A stretch of DNA of 64,000 nt from Terriglobia bacterium (lineage in GTDB: Bacteria; Acidobacteriota; Terriglobia; JAJPHL01; JAPKYU01), in assembly GCA_965206645.1 (NCBI GenBank), contig CBDBKE010000002.1, positions 704,001 through 768,000 of the forward strand, given 5' to 3'. Positions 54,216 to 64,000 of this stretch are shown one piece after another. The notes below the pieces were generated by a model. The model was not told where the DNA came from, made no database searches, and saw nothing but the letters and a program-made list of their open reading frames with translations. Within the stretch, counting starts at the first letter, position 1. Each line of letters begins with the position of its first letter. The position numbers and the translations under genes are program-made.

Positions 54216-55872
54216 CCGGAATTTCCATTTCGAGCTTCCTCTTCACCCGAAAAGCTATGCCTCGTACCCTGTCGTGTCAACCGCAAACAGCTCTGGCCTC
54301 TTTGAGGTGGTAGTGCGGCACATTTTGGCTGTTCTTCGGAGTCGCTGTGCGGGGTTCGCCTGCCCAGCCTGCCGCGCCGCTGACACTTATCCGGCCCGAC
54401 CACTTCTGAGCACCTAAAATTACCCTCTCTCCCGGTTCGCTAGCCGTCTGGCAGCGGCAGTGCCGAGATCGTTCGCAGCATGCTGCTGAACAGCCTCCGG
54501 CTCAAGTGCCCTTCGGCCAGCAAAAGCCAGTAATATCGCGCATGTTTCACCAGCCGTCCTCCCGTTTTCACCAACCGCTGTTGCAAGCTCGTCAGGGACC
54601 AGTTCCCGATTCTCTGTGGCAGCACCAGTCGCCGCCACAGGTTGCCGAGATTATAGGCAATGATGGTGAGCCACAGCCGGACCTCGTTCGACCGGAACCG
54701 GTGACAACTGAGCCGCGTCATCTTCACTGCTTGCTCTCCTTCTTTGATCCACTGCTCCGCTGTCCCCCGCTTGTTGTAAAACCGCATCACCGCCCGACTT
54801 GGCAGAGTCAAGTTCGTAACGATAAACCCTACTCGCGGGAACAGCTCCCCTGGATGATGCTCCACCTTGGCCACCACCCTGCGGGCTGTCTTCCAACTGG
54901 CCGCTTGGTATAGAAAGCCCTTGAACTCCACCAACGGCTTCTTGCTGGGTCTCCCCACCGGCCGAGTCAGCAACTCCTCAATGTCCCGCTGTAGGCTGTC
55001 GTTAGCCGGGATGCGGATGGCGTACTTTACCTCCCGCTCCTCCAGAGCCTCGTAAATCTCCGGCTTGGCAAAGGCCGCGTCGGCACGAAACACCACTTCC
55101 TTGCCCAGCTGCTGCTGCCGCTCGATCTCCGGCAGGAGAAGTTCTTTCCAGTCCTCGGCGCTGTGCACGTTGCCCGGTCGCAGCTTGGCCGCCAGACAGT
55201 CACCCTCGCGATTGAACAGCAACAACGGGTGATAGCAGCTCGACTCGAAATGCCCGTTGTAGGCACTCTGCTCCTGCTGGCCGTAGACCGGAATCTCGGT
55301 CGAGTCCATGTCCAGCACCACCCGTTGCGGGGAATCCATAGCTTCCGCCCTGGCGATTAAATCCCGGTTGATCGCTGCCAAACCAGCCAGGTTCTCATCT
55401 TGCGTCAGTAGTTCTGTCTCGAACGATTGCAGCCGGGAAGTCAACGCGGCTCCTCGCTCCCAGATCTTTTCTGAACCGATCAGCCGGAACGTCGGATCTT
55501 GAGAGAGCCGTTCCGCGTCATTCATATCTTCGTAACCCGCCAAGCGGCTGTACACGGACTGGCGCAGGAGGTCAGCAAAGGGCAACCGTGTGTTCTTTCT
55601 CCGAGGATCGGCCAAGTGCTGTTTGATGAGTTCTCCGAATCCCAAATGTTCGTCTGATTCGCGCACGAGGATCAGGCCGCCGTCGGAAGTAACCCGCGAC
55701 CCCTGGAAATCGACCTTCAATGCAGCATTGAAAGAGAACTGAAAGGGCTGATTTTGCCTCTCACCCACTCGGTTTCTACCTCCGGAAGCTGTATTGACGC
55801 TGGAACCGGCATAAATATTGGCGTCGGAGGTCAGTATAAGGTTAGCTTTGGAGTTTTAAAACGGAAATCCGG
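54216..55872 (-). mobile_element. IS1380-family insertion sequence
   Basis: IRs CCGGAATTTCCATTT and CCGGATTTCCGTTT; single DDE transposase. Confidence 0.88.
54440..55768 (-). CDS. IS1380-family transposase
   Basis: TSDGG, LDMDST, RADAAF and YNKRGTAEQWIKE motifs. Confidence 0.92.
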   Translation of the reverse strand: MGERQNQPFQFSFNAALKVDFQGSRVTSDGGLILVRESDEHLGFGELIKQHLADPRRKNTRLPFADLLRQSVYSRLAGYEDMNDAERLSQDPTFRLIGSEKIWERGAALTSRLQSFETELLTQDENLAGLAAINRDLIARAEAMDSPQRVVLDMDSTEIPVYGQQEQSAYNGHFESSCYHPLLLFNREGDCLAAKLRPGNVHSAEDWKELLLPEIERQQQLGKEVVFRADAAFAKPEIYEALEEREVKYAIRIPANDSLQRDIEELLTRPVGRPSKKPLVEFKGFLYQAASWKTARRVVAKVEHHPGELFPRVGFIVTNLTLPSRAVMRFYNKRGTAEQWIKEGEQAVKMTRLSCHRFRSNEVRLWLTIIAYNLGNLWRRLVLPQRIGNWSLTSLQQRLVKTGGRLVKHARYYWLLLAEGHLSRRLFSSMLRTISALPLPDG

Positions 55873-57404
55873 GTTGAGGGCGGCGTGGTCAATGGCGCCA
55901 GCTTTCGTCCTAGCAACGCACCGGGAGGCGCGGTCGCCCAGGGATCGCTCGTCTCAATCTTTGGCTCCAACCTGGCAACTGCGACTGGGGGTGCGGTGAC
56001 CGTGCCGCTGCCAACCGTTATCTTTGGCACCCGGGTGACCATCGGTGGGCAGGCAGCATCGCTGTTTTTCGTCTCCGCGGGACAGATCAACGCCCAGGTG
56101 CCCTGGGGCGCGCCGACGGGCACGGTCCAGCTTACCGTGCAAACGCCAGGAGGAACCAGCGCCCCGGTGAACGTATCCGTCGTAGCGGCGTCTCCTGGCT
56201 TGTTTTCCCAGGCCTCCAACGGGCGTGGCCCGGGGGCAGTGCTGAATTTTGTCGCCCCGGGGAACACTCCCACAAACACACCGGCTTCCACAATTACTCC
56301 CAACGGGATTGTCCAAATCTATGCCACAGGTCTTGGGCCGGTCACAGGACCTCCGGCCGACGGAGGCGCCGGTGCCGGGCAACCGACGACCACCATGCCA
56401 GTGGTAACCATCGGCGGACGGCAGGCGGTGGTGGACTTCGCTGGGCTGGCCCCCGGCTTCGTGGGCCTGTACCAGATCAACGCCCGGGTACCTCCCGGCA
56501 CGCCCGAGGGTTGCTACCTGCCAGTGCAGGTGGCGTTCGAAAATCAGAGCAGCAATACGGTGACCATCGGGGTCACCAATACCGGGGGCGATTGCAATCT
56601 GGCTAGCAGCGGCTCGCCCGGCTTCTTCTTCAACGGATCGTTCGGCGTGGCAAGTGTCAACCGGTTTACGACGCAGCTCCCTGTGCCCGTGCCTGGGTTC
56701 CAGCCCCCGGACAGCTTCAGCGCCAGCTTCCGCCGATTCGAGGCTGTCATCCCTACGGCTGATGCCGGATTCCCGCCGGTTGGGGGTGGCTGTAATGTGG
56801 CCGTATACCGGTTCGACTCCAACAACCCGCCCGACATCCTGAATTTCATTAGCCAGGACCAGCCGCTGGATGCCGGAACCTTAACCCTGAGCGGTCCCTT
56901 TGCCGGTTCCCCTCAAGTAGTCGGCCCGAGCCAGCCGGGCGAGTACAGCGTGGAACTGGGCAACGACGCTCTGGCACCCGGCACGTGGACTTTGGCAGGC
57001 TCAGGCGGGGCTGACATTGGCGCCTTCAATACGATGGTCGAGGTTGTCGGGCCGCTGTTCAGTGTGACCGACTTTGGCGTCCAAGGCACTTCGCCCAACC
57101 GCTGACGATCAGTTGGAGTTGCCCCGACCCCAATGGGACCGTCGGTGTGTTCCTGGCTTCGGCGGATGCAGTTGAATCCCTTTTCGGCGTCGTCATGTGC
57201 TCAGCTTCGTGCAGCGACGGCCAGGTCACGATCAGCAGTGCCCTGCTGGGCCAGCTCCCGCTAAGCAGCCAAGGCGCCGCGTTTCTGACTGCCAATTTCT
57301 TCTCCGACCTGCAAAGCGGCCGGATCGAGGCTTCCGGCCTGGACTTCGGTCTGTTTGGCTACAGCGTCGGGGAGGGTCTTATCGGAGTCAGCCTGACACA
57401 GTAG
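55873..57404 (+). pseudogene. IPT/TIG (TIGR03437-like) secreted protein, 5'-truncated by IS1380 and apparently frameshifted near 57100
   Basis: VVNGASF, QINAQVP, YATGLG and GLYQINA motifs; continuation ORF 57147..57404. Confidence 0.7.
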
Positions 57405-57472
57405 CGTTCTCCACCTGATTTTCTCCTGCCCCCGAGCCGCGTACCTTGCAGCTTCAGCGGTATACTCTAGGT

Positions 57473-58510
57473 GTGCCGGAAACACCGAGACTCACTGCGG
57501 CGGTGAAGGCGTCCGGTTGAGCCTCTAAGCTCAGTCCAAAGGTTTTGGACGCCGTCCTGAGCAAGCTGCCGCGGAATAGCAACGCGAAGGTGCTGGTCGG
57601 CTTCGACAACGCCGACGATGCAGGTGTGTATCAGGTCGCGCCAGACCTAGCCCTGGTCCAGACGGTGGACTTCTTCACCCCCGTCGTGGACGATCCCTAC
57701 GTCTACGGGCAGATCGCCGCAGCGAATTCGCTGAGCGACATCTATGCGATGGGCGGCCGCCCGGTGTCAGCGCTTTCGGTGGTGGCGTTTCCCCAGAAAG
57801 GCAACACGGAAATCCTGGGGAAGATCTTGCTGGGTGGCCACGGGAAGATGGAAGAAGCCGGCTGCGCGGTATTGGGCGGGCATTCGATCAGCGACGACGA
57901 GATCAAGTTCGGGTATGCAGTCACGGGGCTGATTTCCCCCGGTCGTATTCTGGCCAATTCCGGGGTGCGCACCGGCGACGCACTGGTGCTGACCAAGCGC
58001 CTAGGCACAGGCGTCATCTCCACAGCGCTGAAGCGGGAAGCAGCGGACCCGGCCAGCGTGGCCGCTGCGGTAGAGTCCATGCTGACGCTGAATCGCACCG
58101 CCTGCGAGATCATGCTGCGCTTCCGAGTTCATTCGGCCACCGACATCACCGGCTTTGGCCTGCTGGGCCACGCACGGGAGCTGGCGTTGGCCAGCCGCGT
58201 GGGTCTGGAGATTGACCATACCCGCCTGCAATTCCTACCGGGAGCGTTGGAAGCGGCGCGCGCCGGGCACCAGCCGGGCGGGCTGAAGAACAATCGCGAG
58301 TTTGTTTCCTGCCCGGTGGAATTTCGCGGCGCGGTGGCCGCGGAAATCGAAGCCCTGCTGTACGACCCGCAAACCTCGGGAGGTCTGCTGATCTCGGTGG
58401 ACGCCGCCGATGCCCAAGCCCTGGAGCAGGCGCTGAAGGAGGCGGCGATCCCCGCCGCCATCATCGGCCGCGTCCGAACCGACGCCCACCCGTCTATCCT
58501 CGTCCTCTAG
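57473..58510 (+). CDS. selD: Selenide, water dikinase (selenophosphate synthetase), selenoprotein form
   Basis: MPETPRLTAAVKASG-U-ASK with TGA at 57518-57520; DDAGV, TVDFFTP, DITGFGL and DPQTSGGLL motifs. Confidence 0.93.
57529..57562 (+). promoter_or_regulatory. Putative bacterial SECIS hairpin
   Basis: GCTCA-GTCCAAA-GGT-TTTGGAC...TGAGC just 3' of the UGA. Confidence 0.65.
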
Positions 58511-58536
58511 CCTCGTTCTCTAGGCTCGTCCTCTAG
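58498..58536 (+). repeat. 3 x 13-bp repeat of the selD stop region
   Basis: cctcgtcctcTAG cctcgttctcTAG gctcgtcctcTAG. Confidence 0.85.
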
Positions 58537-58602
58537 CAGCAGTCCCCTAGATCGCAGCAGCGGGCGTTCAGTTTGGCACGGTAGGCAACTGTTTCCAGAA
58601 TC

Positions 58603-59385
58603 TCAGTCGGTCCAGGTTGGCTGGGCCGTCAGAATGCCTCCATCCACAGCGTAAGTGACACCCGTGACGGAAGAGGCTTTGGAACTGGCCAGGAACAGCA
58701 TCACTTCCACCACCTCTTCCGGCTTTGTCAGCCTCTGCATTGGGATGCGCCTGCTCCACTTCTTGATGGTTCCCTCCGCATCGCCGGTCGCCTCTGCAAA
58801 GCCCCGCAAGAGGGGAGTATCGATGTACCCAGGAGCCACGGCGTTGACTCGGATACCCCGCCCCGCGAAATCCAGTGCCGTGCACCTGGTCAAAGAAACG
58901 ATCCCGCCTTTCGCGGCCGCATAAGCCGAGGACCCGGGAACATTGAAATAGCTTTGCATGGAAGCCACGTTGACAATCGCCCCTCCGCCGTTCCGGAGCA
59001 TCACCGGAATACAATGCTTGCAGCAGAGGTAGGTGCCGGTGAGATTCGTGGCAACGACACGATCCCATTCTTCCTCAGGGAGATCCACCACACTGGCGAC
59101 CGTGCCCTGAATACCGGCTACGTTGGCCAGCACATCAATCCGCTGGAACTGAGCGACTGCCTGCTGAGCCATCCGTTTTACGTCGGCTGAGACCTTGACG
59201 TCGGTCTTCACGAAGAACGCCCGCCCTCCGCCGCTCTCGATCGCCTGGGCGGTTTTGCGACCCCCAACTTCTTCAATGTCAGCAACGACAACGGCTGCGC
59301 CTTCCCGGGCAAAGCCGAGACAGGTCGCCTCGCCGATACCTCTGCCACCTCCGGTGACAATGGCTACTTTGCCTTTAAACTCCAT
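58603..59385 (-). CDS. SDR family oxidoreductase
   Basis: TGGGRGIG, YAAAK and DGG motifs. Confidence 0.9.
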   Translation of the reverse strand: MEFKGKVAIVTGGGRGIGEATCLGFAREGAAVVVADIEEVGGRKTAQAIESGGGRAFFVKTDVKVSADVKRMAQQAVAQFQRIDVLANVAGIQGTVASVVDLPEEEWDRVVATNLTGTYLCCKHCIPVMLRNGGGAIVNVASMQSYFNVPGSSAYAAAKGGIVSLTRCTALDFAGRGIRVNAVAPGYIDTPLLRGFAEATGDAEGTIKKWSRRIPMQRLTKPEEVVEVMLFLASSKASSVTGVTYAVDGGILTAQPTWTD

Positions 59386-59649
59386 AGATTAGAGACTCCT
59401 TCGCGGGACTGGATCGGCTAGAGTAACACACTCCTGATTCGCCCGCGTGGACTGCTCTCTTCGATGAAGCCGTCTGCGAGAAACGGCGATCCCGGCCGCC
59501 AGCATCGGTCGCGTCCGCGCTTTCCGGCCGCGTCCGCGCTTTCGACTTTGCGCCTTAAGCCCATGCCACCAAATGTTTGCCGGTGGCAGATAGCTGGGAG
59601 TCTGGTTTGTGGTATTCTAGGAAATTAGCTTTGCGATAGAGAGTGGACG

Positions 59650-60441
59650 GTGCGGGTAGGCACAATCGAATGGCCGGCGCCCCAGAGCGCCGAAGAAGCA
59701 GAGTTGTTGGCCCAGGTGGATCCCCGCCGGTTGCCCTGCCACGTGGCGATCATCATGGATGGCAATGGCCGCTGGGCGCGGCAGCGGCGGCGGCCCCGCG
59801 TGGCCGGCCATCGGGCCGGGGCGCGGGCGGTGCGCGAGATAGTGGAATATTCGGCCCGCCTGGGGCTGCACGCGCTGACTCTCTACGCTTTTTCGATCGA
59901 AAACTGGAAGCGGCCCAGGCAGGAGCGGGATATGTTGTGGAAGCTGCTTCGGGAATACCTGCGGCGCGAACTTCCTACACTCGAGCGCAACAATATCCGT
60001 TTCCAGGTCATCGGGCGCCTGCACCAATTGCCCCGACCCGTCCAGCACGACATCCAGGAGGCGGTGGCCGAGACCGCCAAGAACACGGGCACGTTGCTGA
60101 GTGTGGCTCTCAACTACGGGGCCCGGGCGGAACTGGTGGACGCTTTCAATGCTATCCTGGAGGGGGTGCGGCACAACGGGATCAACGGACTTCGGGTGGA
60201 TGAAGAAACCATTGCTGCACACTTGTACACGCATCCTCTGCCGGACCCCGACCTGCTGGTCCGCACCAGCGGCGAACTCCGGGTCAGCAATTTCCTGTTG
60301 TGGCAGATCGCCTATGCGGAAATCTGGGTCACCGAGACGCTGTGGCCCGATTTCACGCGCAAGCACCTGCTGCAGGCGATCATTGACTACCAGAGGCGCG
60401 AGCGCCGCTACGGCGGGCTCTCCTCCCCCACTGGCGGCTAG
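59650..60441 (+). CDS. uppS: Undecaprenyl diphosphate synthase
   Basis: HVAIIMDGNGRW, FSIENW and RTSGE.R.SNFLLWQ motifs. Confidence 0.95.
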   Translation: MRVGTIEWPAPQSAEEAELLAQVDPRRLPCHVAIIMDGNGRWARQRRRPRVAGHRAGARAVREIVEYSARLGLHALTLYAFSIENWKRPRQERDMLWKLLREYLRRELPTLERNNIRFQVIGRLHQLPRPVQHDIQEAVAETAKNTGTLLSVALNYGARAELVDAFNAILEGVRHNGINGLRVDEETIAAHLYTHPLPDPDLLVRTSGELRVSNFLLWQIAYAEIWVTETLWPDFTRKHLLQAIIDYQRRERRYGGLSSPTGG

Positions 60442-60645
60442 TGCTGTGATCGGCTGAAGAAGTGCCTCCCCAGGGTAGCGGTGGCGCTGCGCTCGGGACC
60501 GGTGGCGCTGCCGGGGAGTAGAACGAAAATTAGCCGATCACGAACCTGGCGAACAGCACGCCAGAGAAACGGCAACTCGGGTATCCTAGTTGCAACACCG
60601 CTGTCGCAACACCTTGGATGCAGTTCGCTTTCTTTGCGACCGTCT

Positions 60646-61488
60646 GTGGACAGAACGCCAAAACCTGGAAATGCTTCTGGTAACACCTGGGCGCGGGTGT
60701 GCACGGCCGCAATCCTGATCCCCATCATTCTGGCATTGGTGTTAGCAGCGCCGCGGGCGCTGTTCGAGATGGTGGTGGTCCTGGTCGCTCTGGTCACGTT
60801 GCGTGAATACCTGGACTTGGCGGAAAAAGCAGGACAGGCGCCGTTGCGGGCTTTCTCACTTGTCGCCGTAGTGGCTCTGGTACTCTGGCCGCCGGGGGTA
60901 GGGACCGTCGTTCCCCTGCTGGTGATGCTCGCGCTGGCGCTGGTTCTGCGGCCGCCGCGATCTTTGGATAAGGTTCTGCCGGGCGCTGCTGCCACCGTCC
61001 TCGGCATCCTCTACATCGGACTGCCCATGGCACTGCTAGCCGATTTGCGCAGGCTGCCGGATGGTCCCAAGTGGGTGCTCTACGTGCTGTTGCTGACCTG
61101 GATCAGCGACACGGCTGCCTATTTCGGTGGGCGCCTGGTGGGGCGGCACCGGATGTCGCCGCGAATCAGCCCAGGCAAGACCTGGGAGGGCGCCCTGGCC
61201 TCGCTGGCCGTGGGCGTCGCTTTTGGCATCCTGTACCCGGCCTATCTGCTAGCCGGGGTATCGCTCATGTGGAGCGCGACCACGGCAGTGGCGGTCAACC
61301 TGACCGGCCAGGTGGGCGACCTGGCCGAGTCGGCGCTGAAGCGCAGCGCCGGAGTCAAGGATTCCTCCACCATCCTGCCCGGACATGGCGGATTGCTGGA
61401 TCGCGTGGACGCGCTGCTCTTTGCGGTGCCCACCTTGTGGTACATTCTTTCCTTGCGTAGCCCCCGTTTGCTTGCTGCCTTGCAATGA
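60646..61488 (+). CDS. cdsA: Phosphatidate cytidylyltransferase (start uncertain)
   Basis: SPGKTWEG and GDLAES..KR..GVKDS...PGHGG.LDR.D motifs. Confidence 0.92.
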   Translation: MDRTPKPGNASGNTWARVCTAAILIPIILALVLAAPRALFEMVVVLVALVTLREYLDLAEKAGQAPLRAFSLVAVVALVLWPPGVGTVVPLLVMLALALVLRPPRSLDKVLPGAAATVLGILYIGLPMALLADLRRLPDGPKWVLYVLLLTWISDTAAYFGGRLVGRHRMSPRISPGKTWEGALASLAVGVAFGILYPAYLLAGVSLMWSATTAVAVNLTGQVGDLAESALKRSAGVKDSSTILPGHGGLLDRVDALLFAVPTLWYILSLRSPRLLAALQ

Positions 61489-62663
61489 GACCGAGGAATC
61501 TGGCTATTCTGGGAAGCACCGGCTCCATCGGCCGGAACACTCTTGAGGTGGTCAACTGCTTCCCCGACCGGTTTCGCGTCCAGGGGCTGACCGCCGGCGG
61601 CAACTTGGAAGTGCTGGCAGAACAAATCGCCCGGTTCCGCCCCAGGCTGGTGTCCATTAAAGAAGAGGCGAATCGGGACGCCCTCGGCCGACGTCTTACA
61701 GACGAGGGGGTGCCGGTGCCGGAGCTGCTGAGCGGACCTCCGGGCATGGTTGCGGTGGCTTCGGACCCTGAAGTGGACCTTGTGGTTTCGGCCACCGTGG
61801 GAGTGGCGGGCCTGCCGGCGACTTACGAGGCCGCCCGTCTTGGCAAGCGCGTGGCGCTGGCCAACAAGGAGGTGCTGGTGGCTGCCGGGGAACTGATGAC
61901 CGGTGCCGCCGCGCGTTCCGGCATGGAGATTCTGCCGGTGGACAGCGAGCACAACGGCCTGCACCAGTGCTTGCGAGGAGGGCGGCGCGAAGAGGTGCGC
62001 CGGTTGATTCTGACTGCCTCCGGCGGACCGTTCCGCAGCACCCCGGACACCGAATTAGGGGGGGTTGCGGCTGAAGAGGCGTTGCGCCACCCCACCTGGC
62101 ACATGGGAGAACGCGTCACCATAGATTCGGCCACACTAATGAACAAAGGCTTTGAGGTGATCGAAGCGCACTGGCTGTTCGGCTTCCGGCCGGAGCAGGT
62201 GGATGTGTTGATCCATCCCCAATCGATTGTGCACTCCCTGGTGGAGTTCGTAGACGGCTCGATCCTGGCCCAGCTTTCCGCGACCGATATGCGGATTCCT
62301 ATTCAATACGCCCTGACCTACCCGGAGAGAGTGGCTGCCAATCATCCCTACCTGGGGCTCGAGGCTTTGGGGAAACTGGAATTCCAGTTGCCGGACCGCC
62401 AACGGTTTCGCTGCCTGGATCTGGCCTACCAAGCCCTGGCGGCCGGCGGAACCGCTACCTGCGTGCTCAACGCCGCTGACGAGGTGGCGGTGGAGGCCTT
62501 CCTGGGCGGTCAGATTCCTTTTCTGACCATCCCTGAGGTGATCGAACAAACCCTGGAACAGGTGGCTCCTCGTCCGGCCACCACGCTGGAGCAGATTCTC
62601 GACTGCGACCAGGAAGCGCGGCGGGTGGCGCGCCAAACTACCCAGCAACGGAGCAACGCGTAA
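61485..62663 (+). CDS. dxr: 1-deoxy-D-xylulose-5-phosphate reductoisomerase
   Basis: GSTGSIG, ANKE, PVDSEH and NKGFE motifs. Confidence 0.96.
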   Translation: MRPRNLAILGSTGSIGRNTLEVVNCFPDRFRVQGLTAGGNLEVLAEQIARFRPRLVSIKEEANRDALGRRLTDEGVPVPELLSGPPGMVAVASDPEVDLVVSATVGVAGLPATYEAARLGKRVALANKEVLVAAGELMTGAAARSGMEILPVDSEHNGLHQCLRGGRREEVRRLILTASGGPFRSTPDTELGGVAAEEALRHPTWHMGERVTIDSATLMNKGFEVIEAHWLFGFRPEQVDVLIHPQSIVHSLVEFVDGSILAQLSATDMRIPIQYALTYPERVAANHPYLGLEALGKLEFQLPDRQRFRCLDLAYQALAAGGTATCVLNAADEVAVEAFLGGQIPFLTIPEVIEQTLEQVAPRPATTLEQILDCDQEARRVARQTTQQRSNA

Positions 62664-64000
62664 ATGACCTACATCATCCTAACCAATGTAGTTGCCGTGG
62701 TGCTGGTCCTGGGCGTGATGATCCTGATCCACGAGTTGGGCCATTTCCTGGCTGCCAAGTGGTTTGGAGTACGAGTAGACGTGTTCTCCATCGGATTCGG
62801 CAAGCGCCTGTGGGGTTGGCGGCGCGGCGACACCGACTATCGGATCAGCCTGCTACCGCTTGGCGGATACGTCAAGATGGCCGGGGAAAACCCGGGCGAG
62901 GCACGCACCGGCGACCCCGGCGAGTTCATGGCCAAGCCCAGGTGGCAACGCTTCATCATCGCCCTGATGGGTCCGGCGATGAACATCGTATTGGCCATCG
63001 TGCTGCTGACCGGTCTGTACATGGTGAAGTACCAGAAGGCAGCCTACCAGGAGCGGCCGGCCGAAATCGGGCATGTGGAGGAAGGTTCTGCTGCCGACAA
63101 AGCGGGCCTTCGACCGGGGGACCTGATCGTTCGCCTCGGCAAGCTGGAGAACCCCACTTGGGAGGCAGTCGAACTCGAGGCGATTTCCAGTCCTGCCCAG
63201 CCGCTGGAGGTCGTCGCCCGTCGCGAAGGAGCAATATTCAAGACCACGATTACTCCGGAGGTCGAGCCGCGCCACCGCATCGGCATCGCCGGCTGGGGCC
63301 CCTACCTTCCGGCCATCATCAAGCGCGTCGAGCCGACCTACCCTGCCGAAAAAGCCGGACTGCTGCCCGAGGACCGGGTCGTGGCCGTCAACGGCGAGCC
63401 ACTGAAGTTTTGGCCACGTCTACCGGATTTGGTGCAGGAGAGCGAGGGGCAACCAATAGAACTGATGATCCAAAGGCAGGGGCACACCCTGCCGGTGCGG
63501 GTGGCGCCGGTGTTCACCCAGGTCCCGGGCGGCAAACAAATGTGGCGCATCGGTATCGAGCTGAGGAACGAGTTGATTGAGCGTCGTCTTTCCTTTCCCG
63601 CTGCGCTGAGCCAGTCCCTCACCACGAACAAGAAGTACGTTCTGTTGATCTTTAATTTATTAGGAAAGATGCTGGAGCGCAAAATGTCGCCGCGCACTTT
63701 GGAGGGGCCCATTGGCATCGCGCGGCTCTCCGGGGAAGCGGCACGCCGGGGGTTCCCGCAACTCATCAACCTGATGGCAGCCATCAGCCTCAACCTGGGG
63801 ATTCTGAACCTGTTCCCAATTCCGATCCTGGACGGGGGAATGATCCTGCTGCTGGCTATTGAAGGTTTGCTACGCCGCGACCTCAGCATGGCGGTGAAGG
63901 AGCGGCTGGTGCAGGTAGGATTCGTGTGCCTGGTGCTGATCGCGACCTTTGTGATCTACAGCGACATTGTGAAGTTACTTCCCCAAGGCTGGGAGGAGGT
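62664..64000 (+). CDS. rseP: RIP metalloprotease (runs off the window end)
   Basis: Manual translation: IHELGHF, PLGGYVKM, PDZ domains and NLFPIPILDGG. Confidence 0.93.
   Translation, partial: MTYIILTNVVAVVLVLGVMILIHELGHFLAAKWFGVRVDVFSIGFGKRLWGWRRGDTDYRISLLPLGGYVKMAGENPGEARTGDPGEFMAKPRWQRFIIALMGPAMNIVLAIVLLTGLYMVKYQKAAYQERPAEIGHVEEGSAADKAGLRPGDLIVRLGKLENPTWEAVELEAISSPAQPLEVVARREGAIFKTTITPEVEPRHRIGIAGWGPYLPAIIKRVEPTYPAEKAGLLPEDRVVAVNGEPLKFWPRLPDLVQESEGQPIELMIQRQGHTLPVRVAPVFTQVPGGKQMWRIGIELRNELIERRLSFPAALSQSLTTNKKYVLLIFNLLGKMLERKMSPRTLEGPIGIARLSGEAARRGFPQLINLMAAISLNLGILNLFPIPILDGGMILLLAIEGLLRRDLSMAVKERLVQVGFVCLVLIATFVIYSDIVKLLPQGWEE

Overview
GC-rich bacterial chromosome segment, probably Acidobacteriota (inferred from the Oar-like TonB receptor, the TIGR03437-like IPT protein, the CehA/McbA-like hydrolase and membrane-anchored FkbM proteins). 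Housekeeping loci include tRNA-Lys, a CpxRA-like/Spy module, lolA, copA, a menaquinone futalosine cluster (mqnE, UbiA), typA, a selenocysteine-encoding selD and uppS-cdsA-dxr-rseP. Between them lies heavily decayed accessory DNA: two inverted IS3 copies, IS21, IS1380 plus IS1380 end scars, two tRNA-derived att sites, and many nonsense or frameshifted genes. Most notable observations: (1) selD has an in-frame UGA (Sec) and a SECIS hairpin that the ORF track misses; (2) the tRNA-Lys att duplicate is inverted, implying a ~16.6-kb IS3-bounded inversion or a misassembly; (3) a mosaic junction contains a 25-bp exact piece of IS1380 and an inverted GAF fragment; (4) short tandem repeats recur on ribosome-binding sites and stop codons; (5) an unannotated 48-aa peptide gene lies within the CBS-CbiX-TPR-UbiA-MqnE cluster. 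No CRISPR array, rRNA, intact integrase or reverse transcriptase was seen. All calls come from reading the sequence by eye; no database searches were run.
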